A DNA stretch of 64,000 nt from Trichinella spiralis. Lineage: Eukaryota. Below the pieces are notes generated by a model. That model was given only the letters and a program-made list of their open reading frames with translations. It did not search any database and was not told where the DNA came from. Each line of letters opens with the position of its first letter. The stretch's first letter is position 1. The DNA lies in contig NW_003526941.1 of NCBI RefSeq assembly GCF_000181795.1, forward strand, positions 7,106,043 through 7,170,042, written 5' to 3'. Below, one piece after another: positions 51,201 to 64,000 of the stretch. Position numbers and translations under genes: made by a program.

Positions 51201-54060
51201 GAGCAGTGGTGAGGTAAACAGAACAACAGAACGCCCAAGTAAGTGGTAAATGAAAATTTCTGCCTATCGATAAATATAAATAGCTGTTCACATCACATCC
51301 CACACTGAGACTATTGCAACCGCTATCAATATTGGATTAAGCAACTCCAGGGCACACAACTGAAGCAGCTAAGATACCGTTGAAAATAGATAACCCATTT
51401 TACAAATTACTTTCATGTCAAGACAACAAAAAATAGGATCAAATCATATCAAAGAGAAGTGGATAAATAATAAATAAATAAAAAGTGAAAATTTTCTGAT
51501 TTCACAAGCACACTTGTTAAGATGGCGATACAAATAGAAAATGTGATTGAACACCAAAATTGACGTCGTCAACCAGCCCGCTCCAGCGTTGAAGCCGATC
51601 GTTTGATGCATGCTCATATTCGATCGACTGCTTTACGCCAGGCACTAGTTGGTTGGTGGTGTTTGAATTCAGATCTGAAATCGATGGAAACCAAAGCTTG
51701 CCGACAACTTATGAATCAAAAGCAATAGCAACGAACTATATTTATTCGTCGCTTCATGTCAAATTTGTAACAAACAAAAATTATACACTGATCCAATGGC
51801 AAAACAAAATAAATATAAATTCATGAAATTTTTATTAATTGCGATTCATTATTCATTCATCACACACACACACAGATATATATACATGTGTGTGTGTATG
51901 CATGTTGTGTGCATATGTTGCATCTTAAAAATACAATGCAAAAATGCACATTAATATTATGAAATTGAATAATTTAAAAAAAATTATCAACTCTGATAAA
52001 GTTCAAACCAAATTTAAACAAAAGCAATCACCTTATCCGTACTGTATTGACAGAAAATTTCAAGGATAAAAAAATTGAAAGTAAATTAAAAAGTATGAAG
52101 AAAAGGCAAACTGAAAAAAAATTAAATACATTATAAGAAGAATTATTACGACAATCAGCAGCAATGATTCATCTTCAACGTGAACATGCTGCAATAAATT
52201 GTCTATTGGATAGAAAAAAATCTGAAATTTACGTCAATACATGCGTAGATGAGTAAAAACATAAAAGTATGAAATGCATATAGAATTATTTATTTCCATG
52301 CACATACTGCTAACAATTGCTTCTTTAAAATAAAAAATAAAAAACTTTGCTTAGTAAGATTAGGTATTCTGGACAAGAAATCATTTTTCAATAAATAACG
52401 AAAGTTTAAATTCAAGTGTCGTATTACAATTATAGGAAAAATTTAAAAAAAATTCAACCCAAATCTCATTTGGAAAATTGTCACAATAAGCTCGTCATCA
52501 ACTGTTCAATTCAAATATTCACCAAAGATACAATTATTGCAAAAATACGGACTACTGAATACAGCGGAACATCCGGATGGAAAAAAGAGAGAAATATTAA
52601 CTGCTGCTATAAATGCACTTCCTAAATATCTGACATCTCTGGTATGTTAGCTGGCCGATAAAAATTAACTAAAAAAAGAATGGAACAGAAAAAAAACTAA
52701 TCACTTTTTTCGTTCTTCACCTGAATTTCTATGAAAAATGAGCGAAGATACTTTTTAAATGTAATTACAAATTACATACAATCTGCCCAAATCAATGCTG
52801 TGAAAACTTACGCTCAGCAATCATGTGAAGATAAAAGCATACCGAAAAAAAATTAATTTAACTCTATAAAACTAATTTAAACCAAGATATTGCCATACGA
52901 CTTTTAAACAAGTATATACCCCCATAAGTATTAGTAAAAATGATACTTTGAAAACAGAACAATTTTTATTCAGTGCATAAGCTAAAAGTAGCTCATTACA
53001 GAGATTGAAATAAATTAATTAGAAAACGAAAATTAAAAATCCTACGTAGACAAAACTAACTATATTTGAATCAAATTTGACAGTAAAAATTCAAATGAAA
53101 ACTATTTAATCGTTTACAGTTTCATCTCCAACATTTCCGACATCGTATGATTATTCTTTTTTTCCTTTCGTTTCATTCACAACAGAAATTTAAAATCAAG
53201 TACAAATCTTTCAAATTAAATCTTACGAATACAGAATATTTTAAAAAAGATTTTCAAAGAATGAAAATGTACAATACACAGATTTAATATTAAATAACAA
53301 CATTATTATTAATCTGAAATTTAAATTTTAAAAGCAACAAAACAAATAAATATATAGATATTTATATTGTCGTTATTGTTTTGATCTCATTTTCTAAATT
53401 ACATACACACTTTCAAACACAACTGCAAAACACACAACGCAAGCAATCCTGACAGACAAGTTGCGTTTGAAAAAATCTGGCATATCTAGAATTGTGGAAA
53501 AAAAGAGCATCTGTTGACAGCTTCAACAAAGTGTACATGCTTGTCAATCATGTTTTAAATTTTTAATTTTTCACTGCAACATATAATAAAAATGCTACTG
53601 CCGCTGCTGAACATATTAATAAATATTTCTGTAATGTTAAATTTGAAATATGAAATAACAAGAAGAAGAAGAAGAAGTTGTTGTGTTTATCTCATCTATC
53701 TCCACAGATGATATTGCTCAGATGCAAATGTTAAAAAGTATAACTTGCAACGTCCCCGGACATTTTACATTATTACCACAAGGACAAAAGAATAATAATG
53801 AAAAAGCGTCAATTGTGGTCAGCTGATTGATGCACGATTTTCCAAATCCCGCCTGGATCCTTTTACAGAACAAAAGATACTTTTCCGCTTTGTTCGACAA
53901 AATGACTAACTACTATTCTCATAAATCAATGGAATGTTTGAATCTGTCAACGAAACTACTTTTCAAATTAATCGATACTACCAGTGGAAATGATCAAAAA
54001 TAGAGGCGGAAAAGAAAAAGAAATGTTAGTATTCGTCGTAAGAAGAAGAAGAGAACATAC

Positions 54061-54322
54061 CAGTTTCTGCAGATGATGCAGCATTACTTGCAGTAGATGC
54101 CCGATGAGCAGTAGATGGAATTTCTGCAACAAACAAATCACAATATCAAATAGCCCACCAGTGGGAGAGAGTCATTTTTCAAATAAGTAGATATTGTTTG
54201 GTATTTGAAATAAGCAAAAAAATGATGGCAGTAAAAAAATAAGGCAAAAAGAAAAATCTGTGCTTCATCTGCCTACCATAATCCGGCTTAGAGCTGAAAT
54301 GAACCACCGTGTTGGACGTCAT
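54061..54322 (-). CDS. Candidate upstream unc-1 exons (54322-54277 and 54123-54061)
   Basis: MTSNTVVHFSSKPDY followed by G|gtaggc; then ttgcag|AA IPSTAHRASTASNAASSAET G|gtatgt (63 nt, phase 1-1). Both are in frame with the phase-1 acceptor at 48283. Confidence 0.55.
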
Positions 54323-57300
54323 CGGGTGGTTGTGGTAGCAGTATTATTAGTTGCAGTTGTTGTTGCTCCTGTTTCGATGATACCTTGCTGTTGAATAGAA
54401 TTATTAATTTATTACATATGTATGTATATATATATATCCAATCCTCCTCCAATTGATTGTCACAGAGGAAAAAAATACTCAAAATGAGTCAGAAAAGCTG
54501 TAAACAGCCACAAGCTATTTTAACAGCCCCGTTCAGTAATGAACACACAACGCGCTTTTCAAGCGAGCTGTTGAACAACAGAAAACAAAAAGAAATCTAA
54601 GCAGCTGCTGCTGCTTTACGCTTGGTCGTTGTTGTTGCCTCTCAGACGAAAAGAAGGCGGGGTAAAAGACGGCGCCAGCGTCTTGTGCAGCGGGCTCGCG
54701 TCACAGATGACTGAGAAAGCTAATAAGATGCGAAATTGTCACTCAAATGTCCGATGAGCAAGCACAACAAGTCGCATTTCGGCAATTCACGTCACTCTGC
54801 CAAATTCAAACCACTAAAACATCTATCTACTCAACGTGGACAGTTTCCGCTGGATTGACATCTATTAACAATCACCATTTCCACCAATATGCAAAAATGC
54901 ATAAATAATATGCTTTTTGTAATTTAAATGCAATAATATCGTTTTTTTCTTCAAAAAAAAATACTAATCTACAAATAGATATCAACTTATCGAATAATGC
55001 AAACGAAAAGTCCCAAATTATTAAACAATGCTGCACTGTGTGCAGGAAAGGGAGGAGGAGGAGTGGTTAATTATTCAAGTTCACCTCCCAGATGATAAAA
55101 ATCTATTCTTGATGAATAATTTCAAAATTTAAATTGACAATGGTTAAATCTTCATGCGACTTGTATTTCAATAGAGAAAAAAAATAATAACGCAACACAA
55201 TACCCAAAAATAAGAACTGATATATGGACTGTATCGATCGGCGCAACCTTTGCACCAAAGCACAGCTACACTATTGAATCGAAATAGAAATGCATAATCG
55301 GATTAAACCTTTCCCATGTTTCCAATATCCAATTATTCCATTCAATATGTGAAACAAAATTCAAGCCAAAACTTGTTACACAGAAAGATAACCAAGTCAT
55401 TCACAGTTCAGTTCCCCGTGGAATTGCAGGGAAAATAAAAGATGAGAAGAACCAACAACATTCAACTTGAACAAACGACAATCCACTGAATCAGATTATG
55501 ACTAATGTAAAATGCTTCCATTTCCAGATGAGAGGTAAAAAGCATTTTTGGTCAGCTTAAGCGATTCTGAAAAGCAAAATCCCCCCAGTCGATTCAAGAA
55601 TGCTGTAGGAAATAGAGACAGAGATAGAGAGAGAGAATATGCATTGAGCATCATCACCAACCAGTACAACAACATCACCTGCGTGGAAAACATCAAACGT
55701 AAAATGCAATGGAAACAACGTTGTAACACTTTTCAACAAATTTCACTAGCCGATTAGTTGAGTGAAAGAATTCCAATTATCGACGTTCAACAATAAAAAT
55801 AAACAATAGCATTGAAATTAAATTCACTGATAGTGGAGTAAATTTTTAACACCTCCTTCATTCGTTCGTCCAATATCAAGCAGCTACTTTTGATGTTCGT
55901 ACATTAAAATTCAATTAATTAAATTCCATATATTTGCAATTTTACAACAACAACAACAATCCAAACTGGCATTTTTACTTTAATGACAATGATAATTTTA
56001 ATGTTTCATCTGCCATTTATGAGGGAAAATTGATTTCGAATCGGATTATATCAAATTATATTTTCTGGATTCAATTTGAAAGAAACAAAACAATTATCAA
56101 AATACGTATTGATTCAATCGAAATGCTTGATAAACCTGAATCCGAATATTCAATATCGTCAACAAAGACCCCCCTCTGATGATCCGCGTTAGCTAAAAGT
56201 AAAGGAACAGAATTACCCTGGGACCAGACCAATGCAACTGGCACTGCATTTCTCGTACAATGCCAAAATTATTCTTACAACAATGAAACATTAAATGCAG
56301 TAAAGAGACAAAACGGATAAAATAGATTGAATCGACTGGAAGTTCTGATGAACAAAGCGAAACCGATGCAAACGTATCGTGCATGAAAACAATCCCCACC
56401 ATTCGGTAAATGTAAAATGACCCAAACCGATTTGCAAATCCAATCCGATTATTTATTCTCATGATCAATGGAAATTTTTAGAAAAAGCAATTAGAATTAT
56501 CACATTATTTCACCAATTACACTACCATTTCTGCCATTTATACAAGAAAGATTACAATATTAAGACGTATTAAGCGGACAAATTAAACTCATTCTTAAAA
56601 TTGCCTCTATATCAAAACAAACCCATTTAAGCTACTTTTGCGAAATATAGATATTAAGAAAAAAAAACCAATTTTCAATACTACAATTAAAAATCAGTGC
56701 ATACAACTCAAACAATAAACGCTGAATAATTAAAAATCAATCGAAATAACCACAGTCGCAAACAATCTATGAAAATAATTGAAAATTAATAAGCTGATAA
56801 AGAAAAGCAGCTTATTCGAAATTATCATAGTTTTCCGTTTGCCTCACAAAAGGAGAAAAGATTTTGCCAGTGCTCATTGAAAATTTTAACAATTATTATC
56901 ATTTATTTCTTGTTGCTTAAAATGCAGTGTGATTCACATGAAAATATTTCTTATTAAAGTATGCATACAGATTAGAATTTCATTGTCTCCAGTGATTTTT
57001 CAAAATTACAGAATTACTGTATATCAAGGTCGTTAAACTCAAAAAAATGGAATTTCTGATCCAAGAAATTCAAATATAATTAAGTTTCACAGAGTTGAAA
57101 AGAAAAATACCAGAACATTATTCACATCAAATGATACAGTATCTTTTTCATCCATCTACGAAAAAACCTGCTTATCAATAAACCTGCTGTACTTCATCAT
57201 TTTTCAGAAAACTGATTATCTGCGTTTTCTCCAGCCGTAGCGATGAAATTAACAGTTGGATCCCACTTTCGTATCAAACAATCATGACAGACTTATAAAA

Positions 57301-58071
57301 TAAGAACAATTTTTTATAAAATATTCACATCTCTGAATAAGAATGATCATTCAAATAAGTTTCAAATATCTAATTATTTCATTTTTACACCAAATCAATT
57401 CCACGATGCATCAGTGATTTAATGATAAAGCACCTGTCATCGGAGAAATCATTTACCCATATAGTGATATCACATACACCGATCAAATGCTAATTAATGC
57501 ACAATTGAAAAAAAAACAATCATATTATAAATCATCTGAAAAATAAAATTATAATAATAAATCAAAGTAACATTACAAACTGAAACAAATCAATCAAATG
57601 TATACATATTTGTTGGACTAAACCAACTAAATAAATAACTTAAATTTTACATTTATTCCATTGTCGAATGAACATTTTCATTCTTACATGTTCATAATTC
57701 GATGAAATTGTCAATAATTAATACTGAAGATTACTGTCAGACAAATGCTAGCCCAATGTTCAACTGTTTGAAAAAACAATGTAATGAAGATTTTCCAAAT
57801 TCAAAAGTTGATTAATAATAAAGTCAAAATTTCAAAAAACCATACATTCACTCTGCAAAAAACCATACACAACTGATTGACCATATTAATAAATTATACA
57901 AATTTATAATTGAGCAAATAATAAAAGAAAAACCTTCCATCTGTCTGAGTAGAAGCAGAAATATGGAAACTGTCGAAAACCACAAACACCGTACACAGAT
58001 AATACAGAAGAACTGCACAACCTCGCGAGATGAGTGATTTAAATTTAGAAAAAAAATGTTCAAAAACTTAC

Positions 58072-58144
58072 CCAACGGTGGTCGACGTTGACCACATCGC
58101 TGACCGATTATGGGCGATGCTTTACGACGACGTTCAATGGACAT
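58072..58144 (-). CDS. Candidate distal first coding exon of unc-1
   Basis: ATG at 58144: MSIERRRKASPIIGQRCGQRRPPL then G|gtaagt, phase 1. It lies in a GC-rich island whose frame stays open back to ~58321. Confidence 0.5.
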
Positions 58145-61100
58145 GCTGTTGTCAACAGGTGGTGGTGGTTGACGTGGACGGTGGGACCGTGGGAAAAAAG
58201 CTGCAAACGGACGTAACAATGGTGGAAGGACGGGCCTTCTGAGCAAGTAGGAAACTGCGGGTGTAGGACGACCCCGCCAGCTTTGTGAATCCGCTGGCGG
58301 CGTTGAAATGAAATTGCACAACTTTCTTTCTTATTATTATGTTTATTTTTTGTTGATATTAAAATTATTCACCCACCAGCTTCTATTTGTTCGTGTTCTT
58401 CTTTTCACTATTCAATAGAAAATTGAATTAATCGAAAAATGAATTTGAACAAAAACAAAATAATAAATTATTATTAAAAATGACCAACAGTCAATAAATT
58501 TACACTACCTTGAAGAAATAATGGATGAATGGATAAATTTCGGTCGAATCATTGGAAATATACAACTGAAGCAATAGAATAAATAGTGTAGCGGCGGCAA
58601 TAGCAGCAACAACAACAACAGCAGCAGCTAGCTAGCTAGCTAGCCAGTCAGCCAGCTCTAAATGAATAATAGATAGCTCGGAGTTAGCTTGCTTGCTCAC
58701 TTATTATCAGCCACCGGCACGGCCGTTGAGAGGCGTTAGCCGTGCTGACAGGCGTTGGGAAATGAAGCGAGTTGGCACTTGTGCACGCAAATTTGAGTGA
58801 AATGTATCCGCTTTTTTCTGTCTCTCCGTTGGCCGGTGCCAAGCCAAGCGCTAAGAAATCGTTTCAACATTTTTAATAGCAAATCGACCCTCGGGGACAA
58901 TGAGCTGCTTAAACGCCGGACGCTAACTTGGCTAACAAGACCCTCGATCGTGTTCCACGTCAACTAAAAATGGCGAACAATAATTGCTGTGTGCCAAGTG
59001 TGTCATATTGAACTGAAGCATTGTCCATACATTGGCAAAAGCTCATGTCCTGGGACTGATTTGGATTTCAAGCTTGACCATCATCTCTCTCTCTCTCTCT
59101 TAAAACATTTCTCCACCTTCTGTTCGTTCATCATTATTTTCTTATAGGTTTATTGTATATGTATGTATAAAGTTTATTCTTCTAATTACATCCTGAAACT
59201 TGAAACAAAATTTTTCACTTTTACTTCAAATGCATATTGACAACAATAATATTCACATATCATAATAATTTAGCAATTTAACAATTTGTCAGTGTAAAAT
59301 ATCTGCTATGAAAAATTGGCAATTTCCTCCTACTCAAACTATTCAACGTTGCAGTTGCAATTTTCTCTGCACGTATGGAAGGAACAAATGAATACACACG
59401 TCTCTTTCAATGCTTATTACAAAATGACACTAAACATTTTTATCCATCTCACGAGACAACACAAATTTTATAAGATGATAAAATACCACTGCTTCCGTCT
59501 ACTGTATATTAAACGAAAAGACAACAATTCCTTACAATATGTTTTTATTCTACTTTATCAAGTTCTCAAGCAATTCGATCAGCAATAATTAATTTCCAAA
59601 TTAATAATTTGAAATAAACGATAAAACTAAAGAACATTTTTCTGATTCTTCAAATTTGAATTGCAAAGTTTCAAATTTCAACACTGCGCAAAACAATGCA
59701 AATTATCATCAAAATTTTCAAACAAATTCTTACTATGCAAATGCGCAAAAATGAGAAAAAAAAATTATTTGGAAACAGAAGAGGAAAAACGTTAACACAA
59801 AGAATTACTATAGTATTTTTTTTTCAAATTCCAACTTGCTGTTGAAGAAATATGTGAAAAATAATTTTGCATTCGATTTAATAAATTTTGATAAATTTAA
59901 ATGTTCGATTCAATAAGTTCACATTATTTAATCAACTTTAAATAAATAACACGGCAATTCAAATGTGTTAAAAGGTTGAAATTGTGCCGTTTCGTCGATG
60001 TGGAAAATTTTCAACGACAACGGTTTCAAGTTATGATGAATAATTTCTCAATTTTGTTGAACTACAGAGGTGAAGGAAAATTCAATTCAAATAAATCATA
60101 TATATACGTATATATGCAAAAAAGAAACAAAATAAGCGAACCCATCACTTCGCTTCCGGTTCAAATTTACACATTTCAATAATGTATGTATTGTTAAATT
60201 GAAAAAGATGTTTTTTTCAAATTCACAAACCAATTGAAATCGATAAATTTAAAAGCTTTGCTTTACGTGAAAATGCATCAGCTAATAAACGACTAGAAGA
60301 AATTTCTTTTTCATTAATAATGGAGAAAAATGTATACGCCTTATTACTTTATTTTTTTAATGGCGTCCCGACTAGGTAAGCAAAGCTTGAATGTCGTAAC
60401 CTGAGCACAAGTTTCTGAAACACGCGAAACAAAATCTAATATTCGACAATTCAAATAATCATAATTTTTCAAAGATAAAAGTGAAATCAATTAAAATCAT
60501 AAATCAAACTATAACTTTCACGCTCGTCAAATGGAAATTGAATAAATTAAAATATTGATAAATTTCATATTTACATTGCATTGCAATCAATCTATTTCGA
60601 AACAAAATTGTTATTAATTTTTTTTAACAAAAGAAACAAAATCTACAACTATCTACATGCCTTTTTTGCTTAATCAACAGAACTGCAGCCCACTTTACTT
60701 GACAATCATTTTCAAATAACTGTACAAGATTGAATGCAAAAATCTTCCCTCAACAAACATTTAGATTTTATTTTCATTGAAATTTCACTTTTAACATAAT
60801 TAACTGTGCTTATTTTGCATTATGCAGTAAAATTAAATAGTAATATACTGTTGAATTTATTTGAAATGTAAAATAATCAATCAGTCATTTAAATTGATAA
60901 AGATTTGTTCGATTTATTGAAATAGATTTAAAAAAGATTAATCGCAAATCTGTCACATTTGAAAATTCATCACAAAGATGTGAATCAATCAAGATGAAAA
61001 AAATGGGAAAAGGAAAATAACATCTGCTTAGATCACTTTCGCAAATAAACTGCAATCAAGAAAGTAACTTTCTTCGTTGCCGTACACAGATAGATACATG

Positions 61101-61851
61101 CATACATTAATTTGCTAATTACCATAATATGCATCAAATTTATAAACTTAACCATATACAAAATTATTACACGAAAATAGCCCCATCAAAATTACTTTAT
61201 TTCCAAATTAAATAAAACAGCATAAATATAAACAAATCTTACCTGATGATAATGAAGAATGATGCGATGATATAGCACAAAATTACCATGTCCACACCAT
61301 CAACACCATTAAATAGCTCACAGATCTGTAAAATTATTCACATCAGAAAAACATTAAAGTGTACAAAACAAAATCCATTTCCAACCACAGATTTCAACCA
61401 TCAGCAAAAAAGCAATATTGAATTACATTGCTTTTCTCTTTCTGAATTCTAAAATAATTAAAATTTTAACCGTAAAAACTGAACACTTAATTCTACAATA
61501 ACAACGCACAGCAACCAATATAGGCAACAATTATTAATGATTTCTTTTCACTTTATCACATTATTATTTATTAATAAGCACATCTGTAGATCATAAATTG
61601 ATAAATGATTTTCAAATAACAAATTACACAACTCTATGGCAAGTAGAACTTTCTGAATTTTTCACTTCTGCACAGCACAACTTCTCCGTGTGTTGCTAAA
61701 GAAAGCGTGTTGATCAAACAATTTTTCAAGTGCAAAATATTTAAAATACTAAACATTAAAAAATAATTAAACAAATTAATAAAACATTAAAATAATTTTT
61801 ATTAATTAAAAAATAATTTCAGCAACTTACTTTTTGTTTTAAAAGGTAAAT

Positions 61852-62730
61852 TTAATAATCATATTCTTTTCCAATTTTAGACTGCATGACAAAGCTTCGG
61901 GGACGTGAAATTTGATTCGTCTGCCATGCTAAATAAGTATTCCAAAATATGCCGACACATTTCGTCACAAACAATCTTCAAATGAAAAATAACAAATAGA
62001 TAATTTCAAATTATGAAAAATTGAAAATTTACCTGTGCTGTATTGGTATGAAGTAAAAATTAAGAAGCTGAACTGCAGGCCATAATTGCAAATTGGTTAA
62101 ATAAACTTGTCGAAATTCCTCAAAAAAAACATAAAACGTTAAAATTGTTAAAAAAAACTAGGTATAATGACAAACTGTTTTCCATTTTTCTTTTATATTT
62201 TCAAAATTCAATCGTTGCAAGAAGCCCAATAACAAAATGAAACCAGTGTAGGAGACGGGAGAAAACAAAAGCTGAATAGAAATTTAATGCGAATGATTTG
62301 TTAATGTAAAAATGATTAAATGAGGAATAATTTTACTTGATCAAGAGCGACACGCTTTATCACGGAAAGCAACGAATGACCGACGAAAATTTTATCGAGC
62401 TTTACAAACCATGCCCATATCAACGGACCCTGAAACATACTGCACATGTACAGAAGGAAAATGGACATTCAATGGGTAAAAAGTGAAATTCAACCGTATA
62501 AAATGTGCCCAAGAATACAAAACGAAAAGTTCGATCAAATTCGAAAAAGTTATACGATCGATGACCTTCGAGTACTGTCTGCGAAATAACGTCACCAGTT
62601 CCCATCAGTAAACCTGAATAAGAAACAACTTTTGAAAATCGACTACAGAAGGAAAACAAAAAATCTCACCTGAAATTATCATCTGAGATTTCCATGGATG
62701 CAATTGAAGAATTCTATTATAAAAATTCAT
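61852..62730 (-). CDS. MPV17: Mpv17/PMP22 family membrane protein, ~6 exons
   Basis: MNFYNRILQLHPWKSQMIISG/LLMGTGDVISQTVLE...FEFDRTFRFVFLGTFYT/GPLIWAWFVKLDKIF...VIKRVALDQ/LLFSPVSYTGFILLLGFLQ...IKEKWKT/EFRQVYLTNLQLWPAVQLLNFYFIPIQHR/LFVTKCVGIFWNTYLAWQTN...*. Confidence 0.92.
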
Positions 62731-64000
62731 TTAATTTTAAAAATGAATTTTTACAATCTATTTTATACTTGATAACCTAAAATATATGACAATTCTATCC
62801 ATGATGTGGTCTAAATTCAAAACTGAAATAACAACTGTCTATACAGGTGTACTTGAAGACTATTAAATTACACTGTAAAAAATGTTTCATTGTTTTTTCC
62901 AAATTTCATCAAATACTTTTATCAAAAAATTAAAATCAAAATAATTATCAAACGAAAAATATAAAACAATGCTATTTAAGCTATGAACGTCATGTTATTT
63001 CTGTTAATTCACTACATAGAAGTGAACAAAACAAATGCTTCAATAAGATATAAAGCTACCCATATACTTCTAACAACTTGCACAAAGTGTAGAAAAAATA
63101 ATTATCATATACTAAAGTGAACCTGAAGAATATTTTATTTTAATAAACTAGTAAATAAACTGTAAATTAGAAAAGCAATATTTAACAATTCAACTAAATA
63201 AAAATGAAACAAATGCACAACATTTGAATTTAAATTCAATAACTAATTACTAGAAAAACAACACACCCGTAAAGCATGTTGAATATCAGAAATTGCTTAT
63301 TGTTAAAACAACAACAATGAAATAGAATCAATTTAACGCCATTTTTACATGTTCAAATATACTTACAATCATGCAAGGACATTTTAAAATGTATTCTTTG
63401 GAAAACAACTTCACAAAAATCGCCTGCAAAATACAACTTACTGAAAATTAATACGGTATTGTTGATTTTTAAGAACAATTGGAACGAACAAGTTCAAAAG
63501 AAATCTTTTCAATCAAAAACATTTCAAAATTACTCACATTTTTCATCCTTTACTTTTTCTGGGTATTTTTATTATTTTATTATTCACTATTCTGCTATTA
63601 ATTATTATTGACTTAATGTTTATTTAGATGATGAATTATAAGTTCGTTTAAATGGTACAATTGTCGAATTAAAAAAAACACTAAAATTCAAGGTTACACA
63701 GAAAGTACTACCATTACTGTAAACAATTACAAACTGCACGCAAAAATAGCATCAGGAAATATAAAACCTAAACTGAAGGTTGAAAAAACAATTCAGTTAT
63801 TATAATTTTATTGACAAAACATACATTGTTCTCAAAATATGTAAAAAAAAAGAGAAGTCCAATAGTTAAAAAAATGGGTATCGTAAAATTTGAAAAAATA
63901 AGCAAGTAGCTGAAATCAGAAAATGAAGGCCAGTCAGCCTGAAAAACAACAACCCATGATTATATTACACAATAAATAATAATCATAATAAATAGAATAA

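Overview
AT-rich eukaryotic genomic DNA with short GT-AG introns and TTTCAG-type acceptors. It is almost certainly nematode; a clade I species such as Trichinella is my inference, not a verified result. From 1 to ~14.5 kb the window is gene-poor and repeat-rich, with two assembly gaps. This part holds a 54-bp satellite built from repeated 5' splice-donor consensus (AG|GTAAGT), related arrays in the opposite orientation, a long degenerate inverted repeat, probable decayed 7TM-receptor exons, and a ~1.3-kb segment duplicated 18 kb downstream. From ~15 kb on are nine genes: IWS1/SPN1 (-), an intronless protein disulfide isomerase (-), a 10-EGF single-pass SPE-9-like gene (+), a C-type-lectin-like/EGF membrane gene (+), a two-exon G-protein gamma subunit missed by the ORF track (gpc-1-like, +), an intronless dynein light intermediate chain (-), intronless Drosha (-), the stomatin unc-1 with several candidate alternative 5' exons (-), and an Mpv17/PMP22-family gene (-). 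The least explained structures are the outward-facing splice-donor arrays at 280-4860 and the three long intronless genes among intron-rich neighbours. All gene models were assembled by eye; no searches were run.
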